IMG/VR virus record: IMGVR_UViG_3300042691_027833
Span: 3,491 to 67,490 of that record
DNA: 64,000 nucleotides
Source: a virus
Reading direction: 5' to 3' (one strand)
Shown here: one piece after another, positions 1 to 9,254 of the stretch
Position numbering within the stretch: the stretch's first letter is position 1
Layout: every line of letters starts with the position of its first letter
Position numbers and translations under genes: made by a program
Notes under the pieces: generated by a model
Told to the model about the DNA's origin: nothing
What the model saw: the letters and a program-made list of their open reading frames with translations, nothing else
The model's database searches: none

Positions 1-2
1 GA

Positions 3-446
3 GGCTATGCTGATATTAAGCAGACAACCGACTCTTGGACTAGGGCTTTTCAAGAAATCGAACAAGACAATATTATTTTATGTGGTTATCCAGAATTTAG
101 TTATCATCAGATAGCACATATTGACTACAAAAAATATTGGAACATACTTATTGGTTGTGGAGGATTTATTAGTAAGCCTAAAACACCCCTTACAACAGAA
201 TGGTATCAATCTGCTAAAGCCTTAATAGAACAAAAAACAGAATTGCTTAAACAATTTCCAGCAACACATCCTCAAGAATGCTCCGAAGGTAATGGTCACG
301 GAGGTATCCAACCACATGGAGTTAGATCCAATTATCCGATAGAATGGAATGAGATACTAGGTAGAATTTTCCAGCCTTTAGTATTCAAATATAGAAATTT
401 TGTTTCTAGAACAGTCCCACAACCAGTAATATATAACTACAGATAA
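3..446 (+). CDS. Glycosyltransferase, GT32/capsular-polysaccharide-synthesis-like (5' partial)
   Basis: Frame is open from the window start and reads GYADIK..., resembling the GGxYxD motif. It continues into ORF 243..446 and lies beside other glycan genes. Confidence 0.55.
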   Translation, partial: GYADIKQTTDSWTRAFQEIEQDNIILCGYPEFSYHQIAHIDYKKYWNILIGCGGFISKPKTPLTTEWYQSAKALIEQKTELLKQFPATHPQECSEGNGHGGIQPHGVRSNYPIEWNEILGRIFQPLVFKYRNFVSRTVPQPVIYNYR

Positions 447-454
447 AAAATACA

Positions 455-1015
455 ATGATTATAGAAATAGGAACATCTGATTTTGATACTTTAGCAGGAA
501 TTGTACCAGGAATTTTTATTGAACCTATCAAGTATTACTATGACAAGCTACCAGCTTATTGCACAAAAGAAAATATTGCTATTAGTAATTACAATGGTTC
601 TGCAACGGCATACTATGTAGAGTATTCAGATATAGTACAGTATGGTTTACCAGACTGGATTAGAGGATGTAATTCTATAAATAGTCAACACCCAACTGTG
701 GTCAAAACACTTAACGAGTATGGACTATCACTCTCTCTAATAAAAGAACAAAGTATTGAAGTTAGAAGACTAATAGAGATTATATCCAAATACCAAATCT
801 CCACCCTGGATCTGCTAAAAATAGATACAGAAGGCCACGACGCAACCATTATTTTAGACTATTTTAGTGATCCGTCCGTCCTTCCTACAAAAATTATTTT
901 TGAGAACAATATATTATCTGATAACGAAGAAATCTCAAAAGCTATCTTGCTATTAGAAAAACATAATTATAAGATAACACACGAAGAATATAACTCTATA
1001 GGTACTCTATCATGA
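455..1015 (+). CDS. FkbM-family SAM-dependent methyltransferase
   Basis: IIEIG...IEP...NIAIS and DLLKIDTEGHD...IIFE motifs. Confidence 0.85.
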   Translation: MIIEIGTSDFDTLAGIVPGIFIEPIKYYYDKLPAYCTKENIAISNYNGSATAYYVEYSDIVQYGLPDWIRGCNSINSQHPTVVKTLNEYGLSLSLIKEQSIEVRRLIEIISKYQISTLDLLKIDTEGHDATIILDYFSDPSVLPTKIIFENNILSDNEEISKAILLLEKHNYKITHEEYNSIGTLS

Positions 1016-1746
1016 CACAAAATTATAAATGTTCATCATTTTGTTCTTACTATAAAGGCGAAAAATTTGTTCAAGGATACATAGACGATGTGTTGCGTCA
1101 GACACTATTTGATCAAATAGAGTTTGTATTTTTAGACTGTAACTCACCAGAGAACGAAAAAGAATATATTATTCCATTAACTGAAAAATATAGCAATATT
1201 AAATACTATAAACTAGATAGCGATCCTGGTTTATATGCAGGCTGGAATCATGCCATTAGTTTGTGTAGTGCTCCAATAGTAGGAAACTGGAACATAGATG
1301 ATAGAAAAAACGCTTTTAGTTTTGAGTTGTTATTAAAAGCTTTTGAGAGAGAGCCAGATTTAGATCTAGTCTACGGTATTACATATATGTCATATAAGGC
1401 TAATGAAAAATATGAAGATAACGACTATTCCGAAATATATGCCGCATTACCACATACTAATCGCAATCTCTTAATGCACAATTCTCCTCATTGTATGCCA
1501 TTGTGGAAAAAGAGCATACACGACCGATTTGGGTTTTTCGATACAAAATACTTAACCGCTGCCGATGGAGATATGTGGTTGCGTATCGCAGGCGGTGGTG
1601 CTAGAATAAAGATGGTGAACCACCCGGTAGGTCTATACTATCACAACCCAACCGGAAGATCATCTAATCCAGACACACTTAATCAGATGGTTAAAGAGGT
1701 TATGGATATGAGACGTAAATATACTCATATGATTGGAGATGTATGA
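1012..1746 (+). CDS. Glycosyltransferase family 2
   Basis: EFVFLDCNSPE, GLYAGWN, NIDD (DxD equivalent), GFFD...AADGDMWLR. Confidence 0.85.
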   Translation: MTQNYKCSSFCSYYKGEKFVQGYIDDVLRQTLFDQIEFVFLDCNSPENEKEYIIPLTEKYSNIKYYKLDSDPGLYAGWNHAISLCSAPIVGNWNIDDRKNAFSFELLLKAFEREPDLDLVYGITYMSYKANEKYEDNDYSEIYAALPHTNRNLLMHNSPHCMPLWKKSIHDRFGFFDTKYLTAADGDMWLRIAGGGARIKMVNHPVGLYYHNPTGRSSNPDTLNQMVKEVMDMRRKYTHMIGDV

Positions 1747-1874
1747 ACTACACCATATTGTTATTTTTGATTATTGGCATAATTATTGGATTAATTAAAG
1801 ATATTACAGATAAGGGCGAACAGATACCTCATTCTGATAATATGTTTACTTTTATGTTTAAGGACAAGTATTGA
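1743..1874 (+). CDS. Small membrane protein (43 aa, below ORF-track cutoff)
   Basis: ATGA overlap with the upstream stop; hydrophobic N-terminus MNYTILLFLIIGIIIGLIK. Confidence 0.5.
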   Translation: MNYTILLFLIIGIIIGLIKDITDKGEQIPHSDNMFTFMFKDKY

Positions 1875-1890
1875 TTAAGGAGTTTGATAA

Positions 1891-2424
1891 ATGTTGAATC
1901 GTCTTAGTAAACAAAGAGTTTATCTTGCTGGTGCTATGGATCGAGTAGCAGATAGAGGTGCTACTTGGAGAGATAATATTACTCCATTTTTAGAGCAAAT
2001 GGGAGTTATAGTATTTAATCCGATTACGAAGCCTACAACCACTGGAATGGAAGATCATGACTCTCATGTTATAAAGACCAAACTAAAACAAAAAGAGAGA
2101 TATGATGAATTATCAGAAATGATGAAGGTTATTAGAAGGGTGGATCTAAGGCTAGTAGATATTAGTGATTTTTTGATCGTTAACCTAAATCTAGATATTC
2201 ATCCTTGTGGAACATATGAGGAAATCTTTTGGGCTAATCGTCAGAAAAAACCAATTATTGTTCACATGGAACAAGGAAAAAATAGTGCTCCAGATTGGTT
2301 ATTCGGTACTATTCCTCATCAAACTATTTTCTCTTCATGGGATGATATCAAAGAATATCTAACACACATCAACGCTTCAGAAAATATAGATACATATAAA
2401 CGATGGTACTTTTTCTCAGTTTAG
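1891..2424 (+). CDS. Nucleoside 2-deoxyribosyltransferase / nucleotide N-hydrolase-like protein
   Basis: VYLAGAM...VFNP...DLRLVDISD...GTYEE...KKPI pattern; AAGGAG RBS. Confidence 0.7.
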   Translation: MLNRLSKQRVYLAGAMDRVADRGATWRDNITPFLEQMGVIVFNPITKPTTTGMEDHDSHVIKTKLKQKERYDELSEMMKVIRRVDLRLVDISDFLIVNLNLDIHPCGTYEEIFWANRQKKPIIVHMEQGKNSAPDWLFGTIPHQTIFSSWDDIKEYLTHINASENIDTYKRWYFFSV

Positions 2425-2425
2425 T

Positions 2426-2632
2426 ATGCCAAAATATTATATTAAATCTGGTCAAATTAAATTTATCATAGATTCACCAGATCATCTATCTGCAATTTAT
2501 GCAGCATTACAAAGATACAAGGGCAAGGGTGTGATGACTGGACCAAAAATTTGTGTTAGTGAAACTGGCTTTGAAGACTTTAAAAACTGGAAATGTTACG
2601 ATACTGATGAGTTCTTGAAAGGAATTAAATAA
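2426..2632 (+). CDS. Hypothetical protein
   Basis: Tightly packed ORF in the operon. Confidence 0.6.
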   Translation: MPKYYIKSGQIKFIIDSPDHLSAIYAALQRYKGKGVMTGPKICVSETGFEDFKNWKCYDTDEFLKGIK

Positions 2633-2638
2633 TCTGTT

Positions 2639-3787
2639 ATGCAAAAAATAGTTAACGAAGAAAAACTAGATTTTAATGATGTCTTAATCGTACCACAAAG
2701 ATCTACTCTTACTAGTCGATCCGATATCCACGTAGATAGAACATTTAAATTCTATCACTCTCCTAGAGAGTGGACAGGCATCCCAATAGTTTGTGCAAAT
2801 ATGAGTTTTAGTTCTTTTAGAATGGCCGATGCCTTAAGCCGCCACAGAATGATAACCTGTCTACATAAATATCATACCACAGAAGAACTGATTAATTATT
2901 TTTATTCTAGTCATAATCATGATTATGTGTGGATATCTATTGGGTATAAAAAAGCAGATATCAACAACTTGATAGAATTTAAAAATAAAACAAATATACA
3001 ACCTAATATATGTATAGATGTGCCAAATGGACATATGGATGTATTTGTAAAATATTGCAAGAAAGTTAGAGAACATTTTCCAGAATCTATTATTATGGCT
3101 GGTAATGTTACCAATACATCATCTACACAAGAATTACTAATATATGGTGGCGTAGACATAATCAAAGCTGGTATTGGCGGCGGCTCCGCGTGTACAACTA
3201 GATTCTTAACGGGCTGTGGTGTGCCACAACTATCGTGTTGTCTAGAAAATGGATATGTTGCTCACGGCCTTCAAAACGGTGAGAAAAAACTCGGCAGAAT
3301 TTGCTCAGATGGTGGACACAAAACTGTAGGAGATGTATGTAAAGCATTATGTGCCGGATCAGACTTTGTAATGCTTGGCGGATATTTTGCTGGTTCTGAT
3401 GAGTGTGACGGAGAATGGGAGTACGATAGGTCTGTAGAGAATACTGTTGCTAATATTGATAAATATAAAGATAATTTAGCCTCATTGTGTAATCAGTCTA
3501 ATCTAGTAGATAGCAGAAAAACCAAATTTACATATTATGGTATGAGCACACATCACGCACAAGAAATGTATGAAGACCATATAAAAACATATAGAGCATC
3601 AGAAGGAACCAAAATAGTAGTTGATTATAAGGGACCTGTTGAGTGTGTTATACAGGAACTATTGGGCGGCATTAGATCATGCTGTTGCTATATAGGCGCT
3701 AGATCTATTAAACATATGCTAAAGTGTGGTCAGTTTTGTCGCGTTAGTTCTGTTCATTCTAATAAAAATCCAGTTTTAGGTGTTTAA
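2639..3787 (+). CDS. guaC: GMP reductase (IMPDH/GMPR family)
   Basis: KLDFNDVLIVPQRSTLTSRS, CIDVPNGH, AGNV, GIGGGSACTTR (catalytic Cys), SDGG, FVMLGG, YGMS, YRASEG; no CBS domains. Confidence 0.9.
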   Translation: MQKIVNEEKLDFNDVLIVPQRSTLTSRSDIHVDRTFKFYHSPREWTGIPIVCANMSFSSFRMADALSRHRMITCLHKYHTTEELINYFYSSHNHDYVWISIGYKKADINNLIEFKNKTNIQPNICIDVPNGHMDVFVKYCKKVREHFPESIIMAGNVTNTSSTQELLIYGGVDIIKAGIGGGSACTTRFLTGCGVPQLSCCLENGYVAHGLQNGEKKLGRICSDGGHKTVGDVCKALCAGSDFVMLGGYFAGSDECDGEWEYDRSVENTVANIDKYKDNLASLCNQSNLVDSRKTKFTYYGMSTHHAQEMYEDHIKTYRASEGTKIVVDYKGPVECVIQELLGGIRSCCCYIGARSIKHMLKCGQFCRVSSVHSNKNPVLGV

Positions 3788-3788
3788 T

Positions 3789-4853
3789 ATGTCTATCAAT
3801 TTATATGCTCCAATCAATACTACAGGCTATGGAATAGCTTCTTTAAATATTTTAAAAGGATTATTATCCTATACAGGTGTTCAATATTTTCCTATTCATA
3901 ATCCAATGGTAACAAACCAGGAAGATTACGATATAGTAGTATCATTACTGAATAATAGTCTAAATTTTGACCCATACGCACCATGTCTAAAAATATGGCA
4001 TCAATTTGATTTAGCTTCTCGTATAGGAAACGGCCGATACTTTGCGTACCCATTTTTTGAACTAGACACCCTCAATGCTATGGAACAGAAACACCTAACT
4101 GTGCCAGACGAGATATTTGTGTCCAGTGATTGGGCCAAGACAATACTATATTCTAACGGAGTTAAACAACCTATCCATGTGGCTCCTTTAGGAGTAGATA
4201 GGCGTATTTTTAATGACGAAATCGAAATACCAAACTTACCACCCAAAGATAAATATATATTTATTACAATAGGCAAGTGGGAAGTTAGAAAAGCCCATGA
4301 TATTTTACCAAAAATTTTTAAGCTAGCCTTTCCAACAGAACAAGATGTTGAACTATGGATAGTAGCATCAGAGCAATCGTCGTATTCATCTAAGGAAGAA
4401 ATACAGAAATGGAAAGGACTATACGGAGAAGATCATAGACTTAGAGTGATTCCCGGCACAGAAACTCAGGAAGAATTAGCAAGACTTATTCAACAAAGCG
4501 ATTGTGGTATCTATATTTCCAGAGCCGAAGGATGGAATATGGAATTATTAGAAACTATGTCCATGAATAAACCAGCAATCGCCACTTTCTATTCTGCTCA
4601 TACAGAATTTTGTAATCCTCAAAATGCTTATTTAGTAGACATAACAGAAACAGAAAAGGCTTATGACGGAAAAGCATTTACTGGTCAAGGTAATTGGGCA
4701 AAAATAGGTCAATCACAAATAGACCAGACTATAGATTATATGAGACACTTATATAAAAATAAGATTAATACGAATACCGCAGGGCTGGACGCTGCTAAAC
4801 TGCTATCATGGCAAAACACAGCACAAATTATCTCTGGGTGTATACTAAATTAG
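3789..4853 (+). CDS. Glycosyltransferase family 4 (GT-B)
   Basis: TGYG N-terminus, PLGVD, GKWEVRKA, SRAEGWNMELLE; ATG at 3789 preferred as start. Confidence 0.85.
   Translation: MSINLYAPINTTGYGIASLNILKGLLSYTGVQYFPIHNPMVTNQEDYDIVVSLLNNSLNFDPYAPCLKIWHQFDLASRIGNGRYFAYPFFELDTLNAMEQKHLTVPDEIFVSSDWAKTILYSNGVKQPIHVAPLGVDRRIFNDEIEIPNLPPKDKYIFITIGKWEVRKAHDILPKIFKLAFPTEQDVELWIVASEQSSYSSKEEIQKWKGLYGEDHRLRVIPGTETQEELARLIQQSDCGIYISRAEGWNMELLETMSMNKPAIATFYSAHTEFCNPQNAYLVDITETEKAYDGKAFTGQGNWAKIGQSQIDQTIDYMRHLYKNKINTNTAGLDAAKLLSWQNTAQIISGCILN
4837..4847 (+). promoter_or_regulatory. Putative phage-specific promoter motif GGTGTATnnTA
   Basis: Recurs at 4837, 10585, 16640 and 20794, each shortly upstream of a gene start. 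Confidence 0.5.
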
Positions 4854-4876
4854 CTATTTTACTAGGAGATACTATA

Positions 4877-5389
4877 ATGCCAATACCTTCCCCCAAAGAC
4901 GATGAAAAAAGTACTGATTTTGTTGCTCGTTGTATGGGCAACGAAACCATGAAAAAAGATTATCCAGACTCAAAACAAAGAGTGGCTATATGCTTAGGAC
5001 AAACAAAAAAGAGATCTGGTTCTATTCTTCAAGAAGTTCATGACAATCTTTTAGCTTCTAATTGTTCGTGGGATGATGAATGGAACGAGTTTGTATGGGA
5101 GGTAGAAGCGGAAGTAGTATATGAAGAGGATGAAAAAACTATAGCAGCAGAACATGGGGGTAGAAAAGTTACTCTTAACAAGCCATTTAGGACTCCAAGT
5201 GGCCCTAAAAAATTTGCTGTTTACGTTAAAAATGATAAGGGTAAGGTAGTGATTGTTCGTTTTGGTGATCCAAATATGAAAATCAAAAAAAACATTCCAG
5301 AACGCAGAAAAAGCTTTAGAGCCAGACACAATTGTGATAATCCTGGTCCAAAGTGGAAAGCAAGATATTGGTCTTGCAAAGCGTGGTAA
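4877..5389 (+). CDS. Modular phage protein (PIPSP..FVARCM domain plus DUF6321-like basic domain)
   Basis: AGGAG RBS before ATG 4877; C-terminal TLNKPFRT...VRFGD...RKSFRARHNC...ARYWSC is a recurrent phage module. Confidence 0.6.
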   Translation: MPIPSPKDDEKSTDFVARCMGNETMKKDYPDSKQRVAICLGQTKKRSGSILQEVHDNLLASNCSWDDEWNEFVWEVEAEVVYEEDEKTIAAEHGGRKVTLNKPFRTPSGPKKFAVYVKNDKGKVVIVRFGDPNMKIKKNIPERRKSFRARHNCDNPGPKWKARYWSCKAW

Positions 5390-5424
5390 AATAGTAGTAT
5401 TCTCAACAAGGAAAGACCTTAATT

Positions 5425-6027
5425 ATGAAGCCTATCGAAGAACTTATTAAAGAACAAGAGCAGCCTCAAACCTTAGACGCTAGCGAATCTATTATTGAGC
5501 CTGTGGTGACTTCTGAAGAAACTACCACAGAAGAATCAGCCGAGTCGCAAGAGGTTATTAATTATTCGTCCGAAGAAGTAATCTCTTTACTAAAGCAATC
5601 TTTAAATGTTCATTGGCAGCAAACCACATCATTATCAGCACAGGCTGTACATCTTGATAGATGGGGATACAAGAAGCTGGCTGCGATCATTAAGAAAGAC
5701 GCAGAAGAAGAGCATGAACACGCAATGATAAATCTCAAAAGATTAGAATTTTTTGATGTAGACTATCAACCACTTATAGTAAGTCCGCAGTCTTGGGCTA
5801 GGCACGACATGGTTGCGATGATCGAATATAATCTACAATCCGTAAGAGAAGCAGCATCTGTAGAAAAGGCTACTATTGTAGCAGCTAGAGCTATGGGTGA
5901 TGAATTAACTGCTAATTCTATGATTCCATTATTACAAGGTAGTGAAAATGGCATAGAAATATACGAAAGTTATCTGAAACAAATATCCCAAATGGGCCTT
6001 GATAACTTCCTTAGTCTTTATGCATAA
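5425..6027 (+). CDS. Bacterioferritin-like protein with degenerate ferroxidase centre
   Basis: RWGYKKLA...EEHEHA...RLEF and QMGLDNFL align to Bfr; acidic N-terminal extension. Confidence 0.75.
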   Translation: MKPIEELIKEQEQPQTLDASESIIEPVVTSEETTTEESAESQEVINYSSEEVISLLKQSLNVHWQQTTSLSAQAVHLDRWGYKKLAAIIKKDAEEEHEHAMINLKRLEFFDVDYQPLIVSPQSWARHDMVAMIEYNLQSVREAASVEKATIVAARAMGDELTANSMIPLLQGSENGIEIYESYLKQISQMGLDNFLSLYA

Positions 6028-6664
6028 ACAGCTTAATGATATTGTATTTGTAAACTATCAACTAGAGTATCCTATTCCAGATATCGCTAAAGATATCGAC
6101 TGGAAAAAGATACTTCCACCACCACCAGCAAACGATAGCGATATCACTAAACGAGAAATCTTACAAGTCTCATCACTAACAGATAAACTGTCTTATGCGG
6201 ACAGGTTATTAGTTTATCAAATAGACGATGACGCAAACTCGCTATTATATAAGTATATTATAGAGCAAAATATTAGTTTTTCTATAGATTATTTTAGATC
6301 TATATACAGAATAATTAGGCCAATATTATTAAATATTAAATATTTCTATAACAGACCCAGACCATACGACTTAGCTCCATATTATAACATTCCAATAAAT
6401 ATCATATCCACAGAAACTCATCATACTCCAGCATACCCATCTGGTCATACGGTGTATACATCTTTGGCGTGTGAAATTATTCGCAAGCAATATCCCAATA
6501 ATGCAGAGATTAATAATTCATTAGATAATATAGTTAATACTACTGCTCGTTGCAGAATGATGCAGGGTGTTCATTATAACTCGGATAACGAAGGATCCAT
6601 TAAACTGGCCAATATTTTATACAACTTTTTATACTCTAAACTAGAAAAGCAATATCATGGATAG
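6020..6664 (+). CDS. PAP2-family acid phosphatase / haloperoxidase-like protein
   Basis: All three motifs present: KYFYNRPRP, PAYPSGH, RMMQGVHYNSD. Confidence 0.85.
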   Translation: MHKQLNDIVFVNYQLEYPIPDIAKDIDWKKILPPPPANDSDITKREILQVSSLTDKLSYADRLLVYQIDDDANSLLYKYIIEQNISFSIDYFRSIYRIIRPILLNIKYFYNRPRPYDLAPYYNIPINIISTETHHTPAYPSGHTVYTSLACEIIRKQYPNNAEINNSLDNIVNTTARCRMMQGVHYNSDNEGSIKLANILYNFLYSKLEKQYHG

Positions 6665-7319
6665 AATTTTTTCAATATTAAACGGTATACAATTTGCTAT
6701 TTCGTCTATGATGAAGATAGGAGACAGAGTAAAAAACATTAATACCGAATGTACTCATTATGGTAGCGAAGGAGTTATAGAAGATATTCAACAGTTACCA
6801 TATGATATGGGATATATTATTGCTTATAGAACAACGAATTCTGGTCCAACATGGCAAGCCGATCAAATGTTGAAAAAGACCAAAGATCAACTCGCACTTG
6901 CATTAGAAGAGACAGAAGATAAAGAAGAAGATACCGAAAACGAGACTGAGGAAGTAATGGAAGAATTTGATGAGTATAAGAACGACCTAATGGGTATGAG
7001 TCTTAGTTCATTAAAAGCTATTAAGACTCATGTAGATGCGATACTATCTCAGGTAGAATCTAACGAAACAGTTAGAAAAAACTTGACAGAAACGTGGCTA
7101 CAGGGTAAAATCGCCGTTGTTGACGATCAATTGCGATCCATCCACGATTTTGTCATGTACGCAGACGAAAATGACGATACTAGTGATGCTGGATCGAAGC
7201 CCGGTCTATGGGAAAATATCAGAAAGAAAAAAGAAAGAGAAGGAAAGGATTACAAGCCCGCAAAACGTGGAGATCCCGACAGACCAGATCCTAAGCAATG
7301 GAAAAAGTTGACAAAATAG
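6657..7319 (+). CDS. Modular hypothetical phage protein
   Basis: SH3-like KIGDRV start, acidic linker, basic PGLWENIRKK C-terminal module. Confidence 0.55.
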   Translation: MDRIFSILNGIQFAISSMMKIGDRVKNINTECTHYGSEGVIEDIQQLPYDMGYIIAYRTTNSGPTWQADQMLKKTKDQLALALEETEDKEEDTENETEEVMEEFDEYKNDLMGMSLSSLKAIKTHVDAILSQVESNETVRKNLTETWLQGKIAVVDDQLRSIHDFVMYADENDDTSDAGSKPGLWENIRKKKEREGKDYKPAKRGDPDRPDPKQWKKLTK

Positions 7320-7366
7320 TTTGGTTTGCTTCTAAATAAATTTTTAAGGACACAAGGACAAGGATA

Positions 7367-7957
7367 ATGACAACAATAAAACAGTTTGATTCTCTAGACT
7401 CATATATTTCTCTAGCTAAAAAGACGATATCAAAGTTTGCTCCTAAGTTTTATAACGGTCTCTCTAAAGAGATGCTAATGAACGAAGAAGCAATTTCAGA
7501 CGTAGCAACTGCTATTATGTATGCTGATTGGAGATATGACGATACCAGAGTAGGTAAAACTGGTATGAAAAAGACTAAGTATTCATATCGTAATCAGTGT
7601 GCTATATGGGCTATCAAAACATATATTACAAACAAATATAAATCGAATACGAAAGTACAATCTATCTTTGCTATGAAAGACGATGAAGAAATATCACTAG
7701 ATGTTGAAGACTCTAAGCAACAACAGCCCATTGATATTTTGATGGATGACGAGTATAAGACTATATTACAAAATAATCTCGAAGAGATGCTTAGTAATCA
7801 GCTTTTATCAGAAAAGCAAAAAGAACAAATTAAGATGTACTATTATGATGATATGACACTTTCTGAAATAGGCAAAAAATTTAATATATCTAGAGAGGCT
7901 GTTCGACAGAATATTAAAAGAGGAATATCTATTATTCAAACATATGATACGGTCTAA
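7367..7957 (+). CDS. Phage sigma-70-like transcription factor
   Basis: Region-4 HTH LSEKQKEQIKMYYYDDMTLSEIGKKFNISREAVRQ, preceded by a region-2-like segment. Confidence 0.75.
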   Translation: MTTIKQFDSLDSYISLAKKTISKFAPKFYNGLSKEMLMNEEAISDVATAIMYADWRYDDTRVGKTGMKKTKYSYRNQCAIWAIKTYITNKYKSNTKVQSIFAMKDDEEISLDVEDSKQQQPIDILMDDEYKTILQNNLEEMLSNQLLSEKQKEQIKMYYYDDMTLSEIGKKFNISREAVRQNIKRGISIIQTYDTV

Positions 7958-8288
7958 TCTCAGATTATACATTCTGTTGTTTCAAAAAAATAGTTTAAAA
8001 CCAACGGTGCTGATTACTGACAGAACAAACGACGTTCCATCTGTAGAAGTTACAGCCGCACGATCTGTTACTGATTCTATAAAGGAAGCCTGTCATGAAA
8101 TTGGTATTGCATATCAAAACGATCTATTTAAAATAGCAGATTGTCAACTATACGATGAGGGTCTGAGCATTTGTTACTATTGTATTTTACCATTTGGATA
8201 CTCCAATCCGGTACTTAAATTTATAGATATAAAAGATATAGATACGTCTCAATTCCCAAATCTCCAAAAAATTATTAATCTTCTATAA
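7944..8288 (+). CDS. Hypothetical protein, possibly degenerate Nudix fold
   Basis: VLI...VPSVEV...SVTDSIKEACHEIGI loosely follows Nudix topology without the REUxEE box. Confidence 0.4.
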   Translation: MIRSNLRLYILLFQKNSLKPTVLITDRTNDVPSVEVTAARSVTDSIKEACHEIGIAYQNDLFKIADCQLYDEGLSICYYCILPFGYSNPVLKFIDIKDIDTSQFPNLQKIINLL

Positions 8289-8734
8289 TGTTCAAATACA
8301 TTAAATACATATGGCACAGATACTTTAACAAGTCAACCAAAATAGACACAGAAAGTAATCCAAAAAGCATAGATATTAATTCAGGATTTCTTAGTTTTAC
8401 TCTAAACAAAGAAGATGGCATATTAATACATTGTTTATTGCCCAAAATCGATGCCGATAATTTTGACGTAGATACCATAGCCATAGAAGCAGAACGTTTT
8501 GCTGAAATGTTGTTGTGTATAAATGATGGATTATTAAAAAAAGAAATCATCAATGTTCTTCAAACTCAATATGAAAATGAGACCAATCCACATCAAAAAT
8601 TAATGATCGAAAATGTACTAAATTTTTGGTCAATACTGTATACGCACTACAAAGCCGAAAAAAAGAAATCCATAAAACAACTATCTAAGATGCCATTGAT
8701 TAGACCAATGGCCGTATTTTCTCCAAAGAGATAG
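8288..8734 (+). CDS. Hypothetical protein
   Basis: TAATG-coupled ORF. Confidence 0.6.
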   Translation: MFKYIKYIWHRYFNKSTKIDTESNPKSIDINSGFLSFTLNKEDGILIHCLLPKIDADNFDVDTIAIEAERFAEMLLCINDGLLKKEIINVLQTQYENETNPHQKLMIENVLNFWSILYTHYKAEKKKSIKQLSKMPLIRPMAVFSPKR

Positions 8735-8825
8735 TGATCTTTATTTCTGTGCGTTTCTTCCCTATAATATGTGTATGCGACGGGGTATTTCTATATAGAC
8801 ACCTGTTTTATGAACGGAAATCAAT

Positions 8826-9254
8826 ATGAATAATCAAGCCGAAAACCTAGTTATGTGGGAAAAATGGAGAGATCCTTTTGGTACAGACGAAGAGGTTGTA
8901 CAGAATTTGCTTGATGAAGAAGATACTGATGACTATGTGGACGAAGCAGAATTACCACCGGCTGGTCCACAGAATAATATTAGGGTTATGGCAACACCAA
9001 TGGGAATAATACCCGTTACCGAATATACTGCTAGTGGTAAAATTTTTAATTTTTGGACAGGGCATACGAATTTTGATATAACAGAAAAAATTGCCACAAT
9101 CATTGAAAAAATTGATGGAGTAGAATCTTTAGATGTGTTTACTAGATATCGTTTTAGAATTAGTGTTGGTAAGGCTTTTAGTGATTCTATAGTAATGCGT
9201 AATATTACAAATAAAGTATATAAATATTTATCAAAGAGTGGTTCACATGACTAA
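8826..9254 (+). CDS. Hypothetical protein
   Basis: ORF downstream of TATAAT at 8763-8768; acidic N-terminus. Confidence 0.6.
   Translation: MNNQAENLVMWEKWRDPFGTDEEVVQNLLDEEDTDDYVDEAELPPAGPQNNIRVMATPMGIIPVTEYTASGKIFNFWTGHTNFDITEKIATIIEKIDGVESLDVFTRYRFRISVGKAFSDSIVMRNITNKVYKYLSKSGSHD

Noticed and set aside
7308-7338. Sigma-70 promoter upstream of the sigma-factor gene
   Set aside because: TTGACA is present but the -10 at 17 nt (TCTAAA) is poor; insufficient support.
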